From positions 2,334-66,333 of the forward strand of contig JBAXUE010000002.1 of assembly GCA_037129835.1 (NCBI GenBank): a DNA stretch of 64,000 bases, written 5' to 3'. A program made the translations under genes and the position numbers. Under the pieces are notes generated by a model that saw only the letters and a list, made by a program, of their open reading frames with translations, was not told the DNA's origin and ran no database searches. Each line of letters opens with the position of its first letter. Positions within the stretch are counted from its first letter, which is position 1. Shown piece by piece: positions 31,619 to 43,047 of the stretch. Origin of the DNA: a bacterium. GTDB taxonomy: Bacteria > Patescibacteriota > CPR2 > UBA1875 > CAIMLA01.

Positions 31619-31902
31619 TGGAAATGTTAAAAGTATTAAAGCAACCAGTGATTTCAGAAAAAAGTTTCGCTTCTGCTGATGCTGGAAAATATGTTTTTGT
31701 TGTAGATAAAAAAGCGACTAAAACTGAGATCAAAAACGCGATTGAGAAATCATTTTCAGTAAACGTGACAGCTATCAATACCTTAATAGTTTCTGGAAAA
31801 GTTAAAAGATTCGGTAAATCATTTGGTAAAAGAAGCGACTTTAAAAAAGCGATTGTTACTCTCAAAAAGGGTCAGACAATCGAAGATTTTAAGGGGATAT
31901 AG
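31618..31902 (+). CDS. rplW: 50S ribosomal protein L23
   Basis: PVISEKS, KKAIVTL. Confidence 0.97.
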   Translation: MEMLKVLKQPVISEKSFASADAGKYVFVVDKKATKTEIKNAIEKSFSVNVTAINTLIVSGKVKRFGKSFGKRSDFKKAIVTLKKGQTIEDFKGI

Positions 31903-31905
31903 AAA

Positions 31906-32745
31906 ATGGGTATAAGATTAATCAAACCAACTAGTAACGCTCGCAGAGGAATGTCTGTTGACGATTTTGCTGATATCACAAAGAAAAGCCCAGAAAAGTC
32001 ACTCACTTTCCCTCTAAAGAGTCAGGCAGGCCGTAATTCACAAGGCAAGATAACTGTACGTCACCGTGGTGGTGGAGTAAAAAGACAGTATCGTTTAATC
32101 GATTTCAAGATGCTTGGAAATCAGACTGTTACTATTGAATCTATTGAATATGATCCAAATAGATCTGCTCGTATCGCACTTGTCGTAAAAGAAGATGGCA
32201 CAAAGGCTTACATCGTCTCTCCAATCGGAGCGAAGGTTGATGCAAAGTTTTCTTTCGGCACAGACGCTGAAATACGTCCAGGTAATCGAAAAATTCTAAA
32301 AGACATTCCAGTCGGAACAATTATTCACGCAGTTGAGCTACAGCCTAACAAGGGAGCACAAATGGCCCGTTCTGCAGGAACAAAGGCACAGCTTATGGCC
32401 AAAGAAGGTGGAATGATTCAGGTTAAGCTTCCTTCGGGAGAAATTCGTATTGTTAGCGAGGATTGTTCAGCTTCTATAGGTATAGTTTCAAATCCAGAGC
32501 ATGGTAACATAAAAATAGGTAAAGCTGGTCGCGTCCGGATGATGGGCTTCAGACCAACTGTACGTGGTAAAGCCATGAACCCAGTAGACCATCCACATGG
32601 TGGTGGTGAAGGTGGTACTTCCATCGCTCTTATGGGCGGTCCGAAGACACCATGGGGTAAACCAGCCTTGGGTAAGAAAACTAGAAACAAAAAGAAATTG
32701 TCTAGTAAGTATATTGTTAAAGGCCGTAAAAAGGGCCGCAGGTAG
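31906..32745 (+). CDS. rplB: 50S ribosomal protein L2
   Basis: IEYDPNRSA, AMNPVDHPHGGGEG. Confidence 0.99.
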   Translation: MGIRLIKPTSNARRGMSVDDFADITKKSPEKSLTFPLKSQAGRNSQGKITVRHRGGGVKRQYRLIDFKMLGNQTVTIESIEYDPNRSARIALVVKEDGTKAYIVSPIGAKVDAKFSFGTDAEIRPGNRKILKDIPVGTIIHAVELQPNKGAQMARSAGTKAQLMAKEGGMIQVKLPSGEIRIVSEDCSASIGIVSNPEHGNIKIGKAGRVRMMGFRPTVRGKAMNPVDHPHGGGEGGTSIALMGGPKTPWGKPALGKKTRNKKKLSSKYIVKGRKKGRR

Positions 32746-32790
32746 GAATGTTAGTAGAGTATTTTACTCGCTAACGATTAAGGAGATAAT

Positions 32791-33063
32791 ATGTCACGAT
32801 CACTAAAAAAAGGACCATACATAGATGAACGACTTGTAAAAAAAGTCGATGCTCTTGGAAATGACAAAAAAGTTATCAAGACATGGTCCAGAGCCGCAGT
32901 AATAATTCCTGAGTTCGTCGGTCATACATTCGCAGTTCATAACGGAAAAGAACATATCCCAGTATTTGTATCAGAAAATATGGTAGGACATAAACTAGGT
33001 GAGTTTTCATTAACTAGAAAATTCCGTGGTCATGGCGGAAAACTTGCTAAGGGAAAGAAATAA
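32791..33063 (+). CDS. rpsS: 30S ribosomal protein S19
   Basis: [18 protein letters not shown]. Confidence 0.99.
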   Translation: MSRSLKKGPYIDERLVKKVDALGNDKKVIKTWSRAAVIIPEFVGHTFAVHNGKEHIPVFVSENMVGHKLGEFSLTRKFRGHGGKLAKGKK

Positions 33064-33064
33064 G

Positions 33065-33514
33065 ATGGAAGTAAAGGCAGTAGAAAAATATATAAGGATT
33101 TCACCGAAAAAGGCTAGATTGGTCGCTGATGTTGTTCGTGGTGACAACGCTGTTAGTGCGCTTACTTCTCTTAAATTTATACCAAAGAAAGCAGCTCAGA
33201 TCATTTACAAGGCATTAGCATCAGCGGTCGCAAATGCCGAAAATAATTATAATTTAGATAAGTCAAAGCTAGTTATTTCTAAAATTACAATCGACAAAGG
33301 GCCAAGTCTCAAAAGATTTCGACCAAGATCAAAAGGTATGGCTTCAGCTCTACTTAAAAGGACTAGTCATATTACTGTAGTAGTTTCAGATTTGGGCAAA
33401 GACGTAGCGCCTGTCAAAAAGGTGGTTAAGCCAGTTGTTGAAGATAAAATAGCTAAAACAGAAGTAAAAAAGCCAGCGGCTAAGCCTGCTAAAAAAGCAG
33501 AGGAGAGCAAGTAA
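33065..33514 (+). CDS. rplV: 50S ribosomal protein L22 (Lys/Ala-rich C-terminal tail)
   Basis: RISPKKARLVAD, KRTSHITV. Confidence 0.98.
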   Translation: MEVKAVEKYIRISPKKARLVADVVRGDNAVSALTSLKFIPKKAAQIIYKALASAVANAENNYNLDKSKLVISKITIDKGPSLKRFRPRSKGMASALLKRTSHITVVVSDLGKDVAPVKKVVKPVVEDKIAKTEVKKPAAKPAKKAEESK

Positions 33515-34182
33515 TGGGTCATAAAGTAAATCCAATTAGTTTCAGACTGCAGGTTAATAAAAACTGGGCATCTCGTTGGTTTTCTAAAAAAGACTACGCT
33601 AAGATGCTTCACGAAGATATCAAAATTCGCCGATTTATACTTTCTGAACTAGGTATGCGAGCAGGTATTTCTACAGTTGAAATCGATCGTAATGCAAATC
33701 AAATCAGTATTACTATAAATACAGCTAAACCAGGGGTAGTTATTGGCCGAGGTGGAGCTGGAGCGACTGAGTTGCGCGCAAAACTAGGAAAACTTACAGA
33801 AGGTAAGATCAAGGATATTAATGTCTTTGAAGTAAAAAATCCTGATACAAATGCTCAGATTATTGCTGATAACATTTCTCAACAGTTAGAGCGTCGTATT
33901 GCATTTAAACGTGCTATGCGTCAAGCAATTGAAAAAGCACAGAAGGCGGGCGCTAAGGGTGTTAAGGTAATGGTTGGCGGACGTCTAAACGGTGCAGAAA
34001 TCGCTAGAAGCGAATTCGCCATTAAGGGCAAGATTCCTCTAGCTACAATTGATGCAGATATCCAATACGGCACAAGCCGTGCAAAAACTACTTATGGTAT
34101 TATAGGCGTAAAAGTTTGGGTATTTAACGGTATGAACGAAACCAAGAAGAAAAAGGTGGAGGTTGTCGATGTTGATGCCTAA
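33514..34182 (+). CDS. rpsC: 30S ribosomal protein S3
   Basis: [26 protein letters not shown]. Confidence 0.98.
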   Translation: MGHKVNPISFRLQVNKNWASRWFSKKDYAKMLHEDIKIRRFILSELGMRAGISTVEIDRNANQISITINTAKPGVVIGRGGAGATELRAKLGKLTEGKIKDINVFEVKNPDTNAQIIADNISQQLERRIAFKRAMRQAIEKAQKAGAKGVKVMVGGRLNGAEIARSEFAIKGKIPLATIDADIQYGTSRAKTTYGIIGVKVWVFNGMNETKKKKVEVVDVDA

Positions 34183-34600
34183 GAAAACTAAATATCGCAA
34201 AATGCAAAAAAATCCACAAACTGGCAAGGCAACACGCGGCACCGAAATTGATTTCGGTAAGTATGCCATAAAGGCCTTGCAACCTGCGCTTATCACATCT
34301 CGTCAGATTGAGGCAGCTCGTCGAGCGATGACCAGATACGTAAAACGTGGTGGTAAGATCTGGATCAGGATTTTTCCTGACAAACCAATAACCAAGAAGC
34401 CTAACGAAGTTCGTATGGGTAGTGGTAAGGGAAATATCGATCATTATGCAGCAGTTGTTAAGCCAGGTAGGATATTGTTTGAAATGGACGGAGTAACACC
34501 GGAAATTGCCAAAGAAGCCTTGCGACTTGCAGCACATAAACTACCGATCAAGACAAAAATATTAGTCAAAGATCATGGGGGAGAAACAGATGAAAGCTAA
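34169..34600 (+). CDS. rplP: 50S ribosomal protein L16
   Basis: [27 protein letters not shown]. Confidence 0.98.
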   Translation: MLMPKKTKYRKMQKNPQTGKATRGTEIDFGKYAIKALQPALITSRQIEAARRAMTRYVKRGGKIWIRIFPDKPITKKPNEVRMGSGKGNIDHYAAVVKPGRILFEMDGVTPEIAKEALRLAAHKLPIKTKILVKDHGGETDES

Positions 34601-34841
34601 AGAATTAACCGAAAAAGATAACAAAAGTCTTCTGAAGCTACTCGCTGACACTCAGACAAAATTATTGAAAGATAGATTTGCGATAGCAGGTAAAGAGCTT
34701 AACAAAGTAACCGAAATAGCATCTAGCCGTAAGCTTATTGCACAGATAAAGACAGTAATGAGAGAAAAAGAGATTTTTGAGGCCGAAAAATTGACAACTG
34801 CGACGAAACCAAAAGCAGCAGATGTACAGGGAGAAAAGTAA
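34590..34841 (+). CDS. rpmC: 50S ribosomal protein L29
   Basis: MKAKEL...RKLIAQIKT; position between rplP and rpsQ. Confidence 0.9.
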   Translation: MKAKELTEKDNKSLLKLLADTQTKLLKDRFAIAGKELNKVTEIASSRKLIAQIKTVMREKEIFEAEKLTTATKPKAADVQGEK

Positions 34842-35092
34842 TGAAAAGAGTACTTAAGGGTACGGTTGTTTCAGACAAGATGACAAAGACTATTGTAGTT
34901 CTAGTTGAGCGAGTCAAAGAACATCCGTTATACAAGAAAAAATATAAAGTTACGACAAAGTTTAGTGTTCATGATGAAAACAATGAAGCAAAAATGAATG
35001 ACAAAGTTGAAATAGAAGAATCAAGACCGCTATCTGCTACAAAGCGTTGGACGCTCAAAAAAGTTTTAACCGCTAAGGATTTGGAGAAATAA
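34841..35092 (+). CDS. rpsQ: 30S ribosomal protein S17
   Basis: [26 protein letters not shown]. Confidence 0.98.
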   Translation: MKRVLKGTVVSDKMTKTIVVLVERVKEHPLYKKKYKVTTKFSVHDENNEAKMNDKVEIEESRPLSATKRWTLKKVLTAKDLEK

Positions 35093-35093
35093 G

Positions 35094-35462
35094 ATGATCC
35101 AACATATGACAAGAATGAAAGTTGCCGATAATACGGGCGCCAAAGAAGTGCTCTGTATTAAGGTACTTGGTGGTTCAAAACGACGTTATGCGAGCTTGGG
35201 TGATATTATAGTCTGCTCAGTAAAGTCAGCGATGCCAGGTGGTAATGCAAAGAAAAAAGAGGTGGCTAGAGCAGTGGTTGTAAGAACGGCTCAAGAATTT
35301 TCCCGCAAAGACGGTTCGACAATAAAATTTGATGATAATGCAGTTGTCTTGATTGACAAAAATAATCAGCCCAGGGGAACTCGTATCTTCGGTCCTGTTG
35401 CGCGTGAATTACGTGAAAAAGGCTATATGAAGATAGTTTCTCTTGCGCCGGAGGTACTATAG
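35094..35462 (+). CDS. rplN: 50S ribosomal protein L14
   Basis: [19 protein letters not shown]. Confidence 0.99.
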   Translation: MIQHMTRMKVADNTGAKEVLCIKVLGGSKRRYASLGDIIVCSVKSAMPGGNAKKKEVARAVVVRTAQEFSRKDGSTIKFDDNAVVLIDKNNQPRGTRIFGPVARELREKGYMKIVSLAPEVL

Positions 35463-35469
35463 GATAGTT

Positions 35470-35784
35470 ATGAAGATATTAAAGAATGACAAAGTATATA
35501 TAATCTCAGGTAAAGACAAAGGCAAGACTGGTGAAGTGTCTAGAGCACTTCCGAAATCTGGTCAAGTAATTGTCGCCGGTCTTAATATTGTGAAAAAAGC
35601 CGTTAAGCCAAGCAAGAAAAATCCTGCCGGCGGTATCATTGAAGTAGCAAAGCCATTGCCAATATCAAATGTAGCACTTGTCTGTGCCAAATGTGGTAAA
35701 CCAACAAGAGTAGCTTATTTAATAGCAAAAGATGGCAAAAAATCACGGGTATGCAAAAAATGCCAAGCGGTAGTGAAGGAGTAA
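35470..35784 (+). CDS. rplX: 50S ribosomal protein L24
   Basis: KOW motif ISGKDKGKTG; C-terminal CxxC...CxxC. Confidence 0.97.
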   Translation: MKILKNDKVYIISGKDKGKTGEVSRALPKSGQVIVAGLNIVKKAVKPSKKNPAGGIIEVAKPLPISNVALVCAKCGKPTRVAYLIAKDGKKSRVCKKCQAVVKE

Positions 35785-35788
35785 TGTA

Positions 35789-36334
35789 ATGGCAAGAATG
35801 AAAGATTACTACAAAGAAAAAGTCGCCGCAGAGCTTCAATCTGAGTTTGGATACAAAAATATATTTCAGATTCCTAAGATTACAAAAGTGGTAGTAAACG
35901 CTGGAGTAGGCAGAGCTATCGTAGATTCAAAGAAACTTGATGAGGTAGTCGCCGGGATCGCTAAGTTAACCGCACAAGCACCTGTAGTAACCAAGGCTAG
36001 AAAATCAATAGCTGGATTTAAACTTCGTGAAGAGATGAATATTGGCGCAACGGTAACTCTAAGAGGCGATATAATGTATGAATTTCTAGATCGACTCGTA
36101 AACATTACATTACCTAGAGTCAGGGATTTCCGTGGGCTTAAGCCAAACGCGTTTGATGGTCATGGTAATTACAGTTTAGGGATTAAAGAACATGGTGTTT
36201 TTTCAGAAATCAGTTTTGAAGAAGCAATGAGTCCATTCGGTTTACAAGTCAACATTGCTACGACAGCGAAAACTGACGATGAAGGTAGAGCATTACTTAA
36301 AAAATTAGGATTTCCTTTTAAGGATCAGGGGTAG
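35789..36334 (+). CDS. rplE: 50S ribosomal protein L5
   Basis: [16 protein letters not shown]. Confidence 0.98.
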   Translation: MARMKDYYKEKVAAELQSEFGYKNIFQIPKITKVVVNAGVGRAIVDSKKLDEVVAGIAKLTAQAPVVTKARKSIAGFKLREEMNIGATVTLRGDIMYEFLDRLVNITLPRVRDFRGLKPNAFDGHGNYSLGIKEHGVFSEISFEEAMSPFGLQVNIATTAKTDDEGRALLKKLGFPFKDQG

Positions 36335-36336
36335 AG

Positions 36337-36522
36337 ATGGCAAAAAAATCATTAATTGCAAAAGCAAAAAAAACACCAAAGTTTTCAAGCAGACAATATA
36401 ACCGTTGTGCACTATGTGGTCGAGCACACGGGTATCTGCGCAAGTTCGATATGTGCCGTATATGTTTTAGGGAACTAGCAAATAAGGGAGAAATCCCAGG
36501 TGTCACGAAGTCTAGCTGGTAA
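36337..36522 (+). CDS. rpsN: 30S ribosomal protein S14, Zn-binding type Z
   Basis: 61 aa, CALCGR...MCRICFRE. Confidence 0.97.
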   Translation: MAKKSLIAKAKKTPKFSSRQYNRCALCGRAHGYLRKFDMCRICFRELANKGEIPGVTKSSW

Positions 36523-36546
36523 CAGCACTTTGATTAAGGAGAAAAG

Positions 36547-36924
36547 ATGTCAATAACAGATCCAATAGCAGATATGCTAACAAGAATCAGAAATGCCAGG
36601 CTTGTTCAAAAGAACAACGTTATTATTCCTGCTTCCAAAATCAAAGTCGAAATTCTTAAGGTTCTTAAGAAAGAAGGCTATATCGGTGATTTTGTTTTAG
36701 AGAATAGCGGGGCAACCATCCTAGCTAATTTAGAAAATACTGAAATGCAAAAAGCCATCCGCGTTTCAAAACCAGGCCGTAGAGTTTACGCAGGTAAAGA
36801 GGAAATTCCAAGCATCCTTCAGGGGCAAGGCTTGGTAATTATCTCAACATCTAAGGGTGTTATGAGCGGCAAAGAAGCTAAGAAGCTTGGTCTCGGTGGT
36901 GAATTAATTTGTAAGGTGTGGTAG
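36547..36924 (+). CDS. rpsH: 30S ribosomal protein S8
   Basis: DPIADMLTRIRN, SKPGRRVY, STSKGVM. Confidence 0.98.
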   Translation: MSITDPIADMLTRIRNARLVQKNNVIIPASKIKVEILKVLKKEGYIGDFVLENSGATILANLENTEMQKAIRVSKPGRRVYAGKEEIPSILQGQGLVIISTSKGVMSGKEAKKLGLGGELICKVW

Positions 36925-36933
36925 GAGAATAAG

Positions 36934-37470
36934 ATGTCAAGAATTGGAAAATTACCTATTATAATACCGTCAGGAGTCACCACGACTATTGTTGATCAAG
37001 AGATAACAGTCACGGGTCCAAAAGGTGAGTTAAAATATATTTTCAACCCAAAGATCACTGTTGTGGAGAGCGAAGGCGCTTTGAAGATTGGCAGAACAGT
37101 AGAAGATGTAGAATCAGCTGAACTTCATGGTTTATCCAGAACACTTATAAACAATATGGTTTTAGGTGTTTCAACTCCTTTCAAAAAAGAGCTCGAGATT
37201 AACGGTATCGGTTATAGAGCAGCAGTTTCAGGGAAGAAACTTACTTTGAACCTTGGTTATTCTCATCCTATAGATTATATTGCCCCAGAAGGAATAAATA
37301 TTTCTGTAGAAAAGAATGTGATTACAGTAAGCGGTGTCGATAAGCAACTTGTCGGTCAAGTATCTGCTGATATCAGAGCATTCAGAAAACCAGAGCCTTA
37401 TAAAGGTAAGGGTATCAAATATATGACAGAACATATCAGAAGGAAAGCCGGTAAAACGGGTAGTAAGTAG
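36934..37470 (+). CDS. rplF: 50S ribosomal protein L6
   Basis: MSRIGK, PEPYKGKG. Confidence 0.98.
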   Translation: MSRIGKLPIIIPSGVTTTIVDQEITVTGPKGELKYIFNPKITVVESEGALKIGRTVEDVESAELHGLSRTLINNMVLGVSTPFKKELEINGIGYRAAVSGKKLTLNLGYSHPIDYIAPEGINISVEKNVITVSGVDKQLVGQVSADIRAFRKPEPYKGKGIKYMTEHIRRKAGKTGSK

Positions 37471-37479
37471 GAGCATTAG

Positions 37480-37824
37480 ATGTTAGAAAGATTCGCAAAA
37501 AAAGAACGTAGACAGAATAGGATTAGAAGTAAGGTGTCTGGCACTGAATCTAGGCCTAGGCTTTCTGTTAGTGTTAGTAATTTACATATAATTGCTCAAA
37601 TAATTGATGATGTAAACGGTAAGACACTTGCATACACTGATGATATCACGACAAAAATGGTCGGTACCAAAACAGTCAAGGCAGCAAAAGTGGGTGAAAA
37701 TATTGCTGAGCTTGCCTTGAAACAAAAAGTAAATGAAGTGGTCTTTGACCGAGGTGGAAAGCTTTATCACGGTCGGGTTAAAGCACTTGCAGAAGCTGCG
37801 AGAGCAAAAGGACTTAAATTTTAG
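37480..37824 (+). CDS. rplR: 50S ribosomal protein L18
   Basis: RPRLSV, VVFDRGG.LYHGRV. Confidence 0.98.
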   Translation: MLERFAKKERRQNRIRSKVSGTESRPRLSVSVSNLHIIAQIIDDVNGKTLAYTDDITTKMVGTKTVKAAKVGENIAELALKQKVNEVVFDRGGKLYHGRVKALAEAARAKGLKF

Positions 37825-37829
37825 GAGTT

Positions 37830-38426
37830 ATGATGAGAGACAATTTTAGCAGAGACAACAGAGGAATAGACCAAGAACCTCCAGAATTTGAGGAAAAAGT
37901 TATTCAAATTGATAGAGTTACTCGTGTGGTTAAGGGCGGACGTAGAATGAGATTTAGAGCTACCGTAGTTGTTGGTAATAAAAAAGGCAAAGTCGGAGTT
38001 GGTGTCGAAAAGGGCAACGAAGTAATGACAGCGGTCCAAAAAGCCACAAATAGGGCTAAAAGTAATATAGTTACTATTAACCTAAACGGAACTACTATTT
38101 TACACGAAGTTTCCGCAAGGCTTGCTGGCGCATATGTTTTCTTGAAACCAGCCTCTGAAGGAACTGGCGTTATCGCTGGTGGAGCAGTTAGAGCAGTACT
38201 CGAAGCAGCCGGCGTCAAAGACATACTATCAAAGATGATTGGATCAAACTCCAAGATTAATAATGCATATGCCACCGTGGCAGCACTCGAGAGTCTTAAA
38301 AAGGCTCCAGAAGTGACCGCAGTGGTAGAGAAAAAGACTACAAAAAAAGTAGAAGTAGAGACAGCCGAAGTTAAAAAACCAGAAGCCAAAAAAACCAAAA
38401 AAGAATTAGTGGAAGAGGCTAAATAA
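37830..38426 (+). CDS. rpsE: 30S ribosomal protein S5
   Basis: [19 protein letters not shown]; Lys/Glu-rich tail. Confidence 0.98.
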   Translation: MMRDNFSRDNRGIDQEPPEFEEKVIQIDRVTRVVKGGRRMRFRATVVVGNKKGKVGVGVEKGNEVMTAVQKATNRAKSNIVTINLNGTTILHEVSARLAGAYVFLKPASEGTGVIAGGAVRAVLEAAGVKDILSKMIGSNSKINNAYATVAALESLKKAPEVTAVVEKKTTKKVEVETAEVKKPEAKKTKKELVEEAK

Positions 38427-38872
38427 TGAAATTAGAAAATTTATTTGGAAATGTTAAAAAAGATGCCAAGAGGGTTGGCCGTGGTATCGGCTCAGGAAAA
38501 GGCAAAACTGCAGGCAGGGGAACCAAGGGGCAACTTTCACGTACTGGTAAAAAGATTCGACCTGGATTTGAAGGTGGTCAATTACCTTTAGCTCAAAGAG
38601 TTCCAAAGAAGCCTGGATTCAAGTCATTATCTCCTAAAGCTGTTACGATTACTTTAGATAAATTAAATGGTATTAAAGCTGGAAGCAAAATCAACTCAGC
38701 AAAGTTATTCGAGATGGGCCTAATAAGTACACTAACCGAAAAGTTTAAGATAGTTGCAAATGATAAATATGACAACAGTCTGGTCCTCGATACTCTAGCA
38801 ATTTCTGAAGGTGCTAAAAAAATAGTAGAAAAAACAGCAAAAAAGACAGAAACCATAGTAGAGACTAAATAA
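38426..38872 (+). CDS. rplO: 50S ribosomal protein L15
   Basis: [23 protein letters not shown]. Confidence 0.98.
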   Translation: MKLENLFGNVKKDAKRVGRGIGSGKGKTAGRGTKGQLSRTGKKIRPGFEGGQLPLAQRVPKKPGFKSLSPKAVTITLDKLNGIKAGSKINSAKLFEMGLISTLTEKFKIVANDKYDNSLVLDTLAISEGAKKIVEKTAKKTETIVETK

Positions 38873-38886
38873 TCCGGGAGGCACAA

Positions 38887-40200
38887 TTGGGCTATTTGAA
38901 GAGAATTTTTGCTAGTAAAGACCTTTTAAAGAAGATTTTATTTGTAGTCGGTCTTTTATTTGTCTATAGATTTATCTCACACATACCAATTCCTGGACCA
39001 GACCCTAAACTAGTTAAAGATTTCTTGAGCAGTAATATTTTGGGTAACAATCAGGTATTGTCATTTTTGGACATTTTTTCTGGAGGCAGTATCAGCCGGT
39101 TTTCTATTGCTATGCTTGCAGTCGGACCGTATATTACCGCCAGTATTATTACCCAGTTGCTTACTATAGTGGTACCAAGTTTTGAGAGTTTGAATAAAGA
39201 AGGCGAGCAGGGAAGAAATAAAATCAACCAGTACTCTAGATTAATGGCTATTCCGATAGCGTTAGTAGAAGGTTTTGGCATGATTAGACTACTCCAGTCC
39301 GCCAGCTCGGGCGCGAATATGACCTTTTTAAATAATCTTTCTATTTGGCAATGGGCCGTAATGCTTTCTAGTATTACTGCTGGGACAATGATTTTGATGT
39401 GGCTTGGTGAGCTGATTACAGAAAAGGGAATCGGGAATGGTATCAGTATCATCATTTTTTCCGGAATTATAGCTAAATTACCACAAACTATTGGTCAGAC
39501 AATGCAGAAACTATTTATAGGTGACTTCGAGGCAACCGAGCTAATTAAGGTTGTATTAATAGCCGGCCTTACAGTACTAGTGATTAGCCTTATCGTATTT
39601 ATCACCGAGGCAATGAGAAAAATACCTATTTCTTATGCAAAGAAAATAAGAGGGGATAAGCTCTACGGTGGAATTGACACATTTCTTCCCCTTAAGCTTA
39701 ATATGTCCGGAGTAATCCCGATTATCTTCGCAAGTGCCTTTATGAACATCCCTTCATTTATTGGCTTCTTGAGTACCGCGAAGACACAGTGGATTGCGAA
39801 CGCCTCGAAGTTTATCCAAACTACATTTGCTCCCACTGCAAACGCTTATGGTATAGCTTTGTTTGTATTGGTATTCACTTTTACTTTTTTCTCTACTTAT
39901 ATCTATTTCAAGCCGAACGAAGTAGCGGAGAATCTTCAAAAACAAGGCGGATTTATCCCAGGTATTAGGCCAGGAACACAAACCGAGAAATATTTAAATT
40001 TCTTAATTAACAGAATTACTCTATGGGGTGCAATATTTTTGAGCATGATTGCTGTATTGCCATTCCTTTTGAAACCAATTACAAACGACCCTAATCTCGT
40101 GGTTGGTGGGACAAGTATGCTTATCGTTGTTGGGGTAGCAATTGAGATCAAAAGTCAGTTGGACGCACAGTTAATAACAAGAAGTTATGAAGAGTTCTAA
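38887..40200 (+). CDS. secY: Preprotein translocase SecY
   Basis: PYITASII, WLGELITEKGIGNG, FIPGIRPG, GGTSMLIVVGV. Confidence 0.98.
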   Translation: MGYLKRIFASKDLLKKILFVVGLLFVYRFISHIPIPGPDPKLVKDFLSSNILGNNQVLSFLDIFSGGSISRFSIAMLAVGPYITASIITQLLTIVVPSFESLNKEGEQGRNKINQYSRLMAIPIALVEGFGMIRLLQSASSGANMTFLNNLSIWQWAVMLSSITAGTMILMWLGELITEKGIGNGISIIIFSGIIAKLPQTIGQTMQKLFIGDFEATELIKVVLIAGLTVLVISLIVFITEAMRKIPISYAKKIRGDKLYGGIDTFLPLKLNMSGVIPIIFASAFMNIPSFIGFLSTAKTQWIANASKFIQTTFAPTANAYGIALFVLVFTFTFFSTYIYFKPNEVAENLQKQGGFIPGIRPGTQTEKYLNFLINRITLWGAIFLSMIAVLPFLLKPITNDPNLVVGGTSMLIVVGVAIEIKSQLDAQLITRSYEEF

Positions 40201-40208
40201 AATAACTC

Positions 40209-40237
40209 TTGTAAATAGAAAGTATTTTGTGTATAAT
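40209..40237 (+). promoter_or_regulatory. infA/alpha operon promoter
   Basis: TTGTAA-17 nt-TATAAT with extended TG. Confidence 0.65.
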
Positions 40238-40272
40238 TTATTATTGTCCAAGAAGGGATATATTTACAGATA

Positions 40273-40512
40273 ATGAGTGGTACAAAGGAAGTAATCGAAT
40301 TAATGGGAACCGTCCTTGAAACTCTACCAAACGCAATGTTTCGCGTAGAGCTAGAGAACGGACATGTTATTTTAGCTCATATTTCCGGGAAAATGAGAAT
40401 GCATTATATCAAGATTCTCCCTGGTGATAAGGTAACGGTTGAGATGACTCCATATGACCTTACAAAAGGTCGTGTAGTCTTCCGCCACAAGGAAGTTCGT
40501 AATGAAGGTTAG
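40273..40512 (+). CDS. infA: Translation initiation factor IF-1
   Basis: [24 protein letters not shown]. Confidence 0.98.
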   Translation: MSGTKEVIELMGTVLETLPNAMFRVELENGHVILAHISGKMRMHYIKILPGDKVTVEMTPYDLTKGRVVFRHKEVRNEG

Positions 40513-40618
40513 ACCATCAGTCAAAAAAATTTGTATGAAATGTAAAGTTATCAAACGCGAGGGAGTCCTTCGTGTGATTTGTGAAAATCCAAAACACAAG
40601 CAAAGACAAGGTAATTAG
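40502..40618 (+). CDS. rpmJ: 50S ribosomal protein L36 (not in ORF track)
   Basis: [38 protein letters not shown]. Confidence 0.97.
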   Translation: MKVRPSVKKICMKCKVIKREGVLRVICENPKHKQRQGN

Positions 40619-40626
40619 GAGATATC

Positions 40627-41010
40627 GTGGCCAGAATAGCAGGAGTAAATGTCCCAACAGAAAAAAGAGTAGTGATATCACTTACTTATATTTATGGAAT
40701 CGGACCAACTAGAAGCCAGAAAATTCTTACGCAGGCTAATATTGATCAGAATATCCGAGTAAAAGATCTTACTGAATCAGAAATCAATCGAATTCGTGAA
40801 ATTCTTGAAAAGAATTATAAAATCGAAGGTGATTTAAAAAGAGAAGTTACCCAAAATATTAGCCGTCTTAAAGAAGTGGCTTCATATAGAGGAATCCGTC
40901 ATAAGTTAAATCTTCCAGTAAAAGGCCAGAGAACAAAAACTAATTCTAGAACCAAAAGAGGTAAAAGAATTACAATGGGGTCTGGTAAGAAAAAAGTTTC
41001 CAAGACATAG
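40627..41010 (+). CDS. rpsM: 30S ribosomal protein S13
   Basis: [21 protein letters not shown]. Confidence 0.98.
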   Translation: MARIAGVNVPTEKRVVISLTYIYGIGPTRSQKILTQANIDQNIRVKDLTESEINRIREILEKNYKIEGDLKREVTQNISRLKEVASYRGIRHKLNLPVKGQRTKTNSRTKRGKRITMGSGKKKVSKT

Positions 41011-41051
41011 AATATTAATTATTAATTTTATAATAAAGAACAAAGAGAATT

Positions 41052-41435
41052 ATGGCAAAAGTAGTAAAGAAAAAAAAGATAAAGAAAGTTGTAAATTATG
41101 GGCAAGCTCATATTCAGGCAACTTTTAACAATACTATTATTACAATAACTGACAACGACGGAAATGTACTTTCTTGGGCAACATCAGGAGCTAGTGGCTT
41201 TAAAGGCTCGAGAAAATCTACTCCATACGCTGCACAAATAGCATCAGAAATTGCAGTCGAAAAAGCCAAGGCCTTTGGTCTAGAAAAAGTAGATGTATTT
41301 ATCAAGGGGATCGGTACGGGTAGAGATTCTGCCGTAAGAGCATTTAATGCCTCTGGTATTTATGTCAATTCAATCAAAGATGTTACCCCAATTCCTCATA
41401 ACGGTTGTAGACCGCCAAAAGCAAGAAGAGTTTAA
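41052..41435 (+). CDS. rpsK: 30S ribosomal protein S11
   Basis: [25 protein letters not shown]. Confidence 0.98.
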   Translation: MAKVVKKKKIKKVVNYGQAHIQATFNNTIITITDNDGNVLSWATSGASGFKGSRKSTPYAAQIASEIAVEKAKAFGLEKVDVFIKGIGTGRDSAVRAFNASGIYVNSIKDVTPIPHNGCRPPKARRV

Positions 41436-41456
41436 TTAAGTTAGAGATAGATAAAA

Positions 41457-42092
41457 ATGGCAAGAATTTTAACAGCACAATGTAAACTATGTCGTAGAGA
41501 AGGTACCAAACTTATGCTCAAGGGAGAAAAGTGTCTTGGACCAAAATGTACGATGATTAAACGTAACTATATCCCAGGTCAGCACGGACTTAGTAGGAGA
41601 AGGGGTAAGCCCAGTGACTACCTCCTGCAGTTACGTGAAAAACAGAAAGTAAAAAGAACTTATGGAGTTCTCGAAGCTCAATTCAGGAATTATTTTGAAA
41701 AGGCTGACAAGAAACAGGGTGTCACCGGTGAAATACTTTTGCAGTTACTCGAGTTGCGTCTAGACAATATAGTTTATCGACTGGGTTTTGCACCGTCTAG
41801 GAAAATGGCGAGACAGTTAGTTGGCCACGATCACCTGACAGTTAATGGCAAAAAGGTCAACATTCCTTCATACCAAGTAAAAGCAGGGGACAAGATCACT
41901 TTCATTAAAGAGAGCGAACAAAGTAGTTATTATAAGGAGATTTTGCCAAATGCAATTGTAAAAGCCTCATCGCCAAGTTGGTTGAAGCTAGATACAAAAA
42001 AAGTTCAAGGTGAGCTAATATCCATCCCAACTAGAGAAGAACTAGACCCAGAAATAAATGAACAACTTATCGTCGAGTTATACTCGAAATAA
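41457..42092 (+). CDS. rpsD: 30S ribosomal protein S4
   Basis: CKLCRREG, LREKQK, LELRLDN. Confidence 0.98.
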   Translation: MARILTAQCKLCRREGTKLMLKGEKCLGPKCTMIKRNYIPGQHGLSRRRGKPSDYLLQLREKQKVKRTYGVLEAQFRNYFEKADKKQGVTGEILLQLLELRLDNIVYRLGFAPSRKMARQLVGHDHLTVNGKKVNIPSYQVKAGDKITFIKESEQSSYYKEILPNAIVKASSPSWLKLDTKKVQGELISIPTREELDPEINEQLIVELYSK

Positions 42093-42113
42093 TAACCCAA
42101 AGTAGGAGTAAAA

Positions 42114-43043
42114 ATGTTATACGAAATTCATCTACCCGAAATTAAAAAGGTCAGCGAAGAAGGCAATGTAACCACATTTGCCATCGAGCCGCTTTTCCCA
42201 GGATATGGTATGACCCTAGGAAACTCTCTTCGTAGAGTGATTCTATCAAGTCTGCCAGGTGCAGCCGTAACAGCTGTTAAAATTGAAGGTGCAAGTCATG
42301 AATTTTCAACACTTAAAAATGTCAAAGAAGATGTCGTTGAGATTATCTTGAATCTTAAAAAGCTTTGCGTAAGATCATTCTCGGATGATGTTGTAGAGCT
42401 GAAGTTAACCGCTAACGGAGAAGGTGTCGTTACTGCAAAAAGTTTTGAGAAAAACGCTGATGTTGAAATCGTAAACAAAGACCAGATAATAGCTACTTTA
42501 GATGGCAAAAGTGCCAGCTTAGAGTTAAATATTTTTATAGAGCAGGGTCGTGGGTACGTTCCAGTAGAAAAAAGAGACGGTGGCAAGCTAGGTATCGGAG
42601 TTATCGCTATAGACGCTCTGTATAGCCCTATACGAAGAGTTAGATACAACGTAGAAAGTACCCGTGTCGGACAAATGACTGATTTGGACAAACTTGTAAT
42701 CGAAATTGAAACAAACGGTGTTGTTTCTGCTGAAGATGCTATCAAGCAAGCTTCAGAAATCGTAGTGGACCACTTCTCAGTTCTAGCTGGGCGAAAAGCA
42801 GCCGTTAAAGCTGATTGTGAAGAGACGGTTTCAACCGATCAGGGCGGCGATATTCTGATAGAAGAAATCAATTTATCACCTAGAACTACTAACGCTTTAT
42901 TAAATAATGATATTAAGAACGTCGGAGATATCCTTAAACTCGATGATAATGAACTGAAGACACTCAAGGGATTCGGGAGCAAGGCATATGATGAAGTGCG
43001 AGATAAAATTGCAGAGCTCGGTTTTGAGGCATCGGTAGAGTAG
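42114..43043 (+). CDS. rpoA: RNA polymerase alpha subunit
   Basis: EPLFPGYGMTLGNSLRR, HEFST, GRGYVP, alpha-CTD. Confidence 0.98.
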   Translation: MLYEIHLPEIKKVSEEGNVTTFAIEPLFPGYGMTLGNSLRRVILSSLPGAAVTAVKIEGASHEFSTLKNVKEDVVEIILNLKKLCVRSFSDDVVELKLTANGEGVVTAKSFEKNADVEIVNKDQIIATLDGKSASLELNIFIEQGRGYVPVEKRDGGKLGIGVIAIDALYSPIRRVRYNVESTRVGQMTDLDKLVIEIETNGVVSAEDAIKQASEIVVDHFSVLAGRKAAVKADCEETVSTDQGGDILIEEINLSPRTTNALLNNDIKNVGDILKLDDNELKTLKGFGSKAYDEVRDKIAELGFEASVE

Positions 43044-43047
43044 TAAT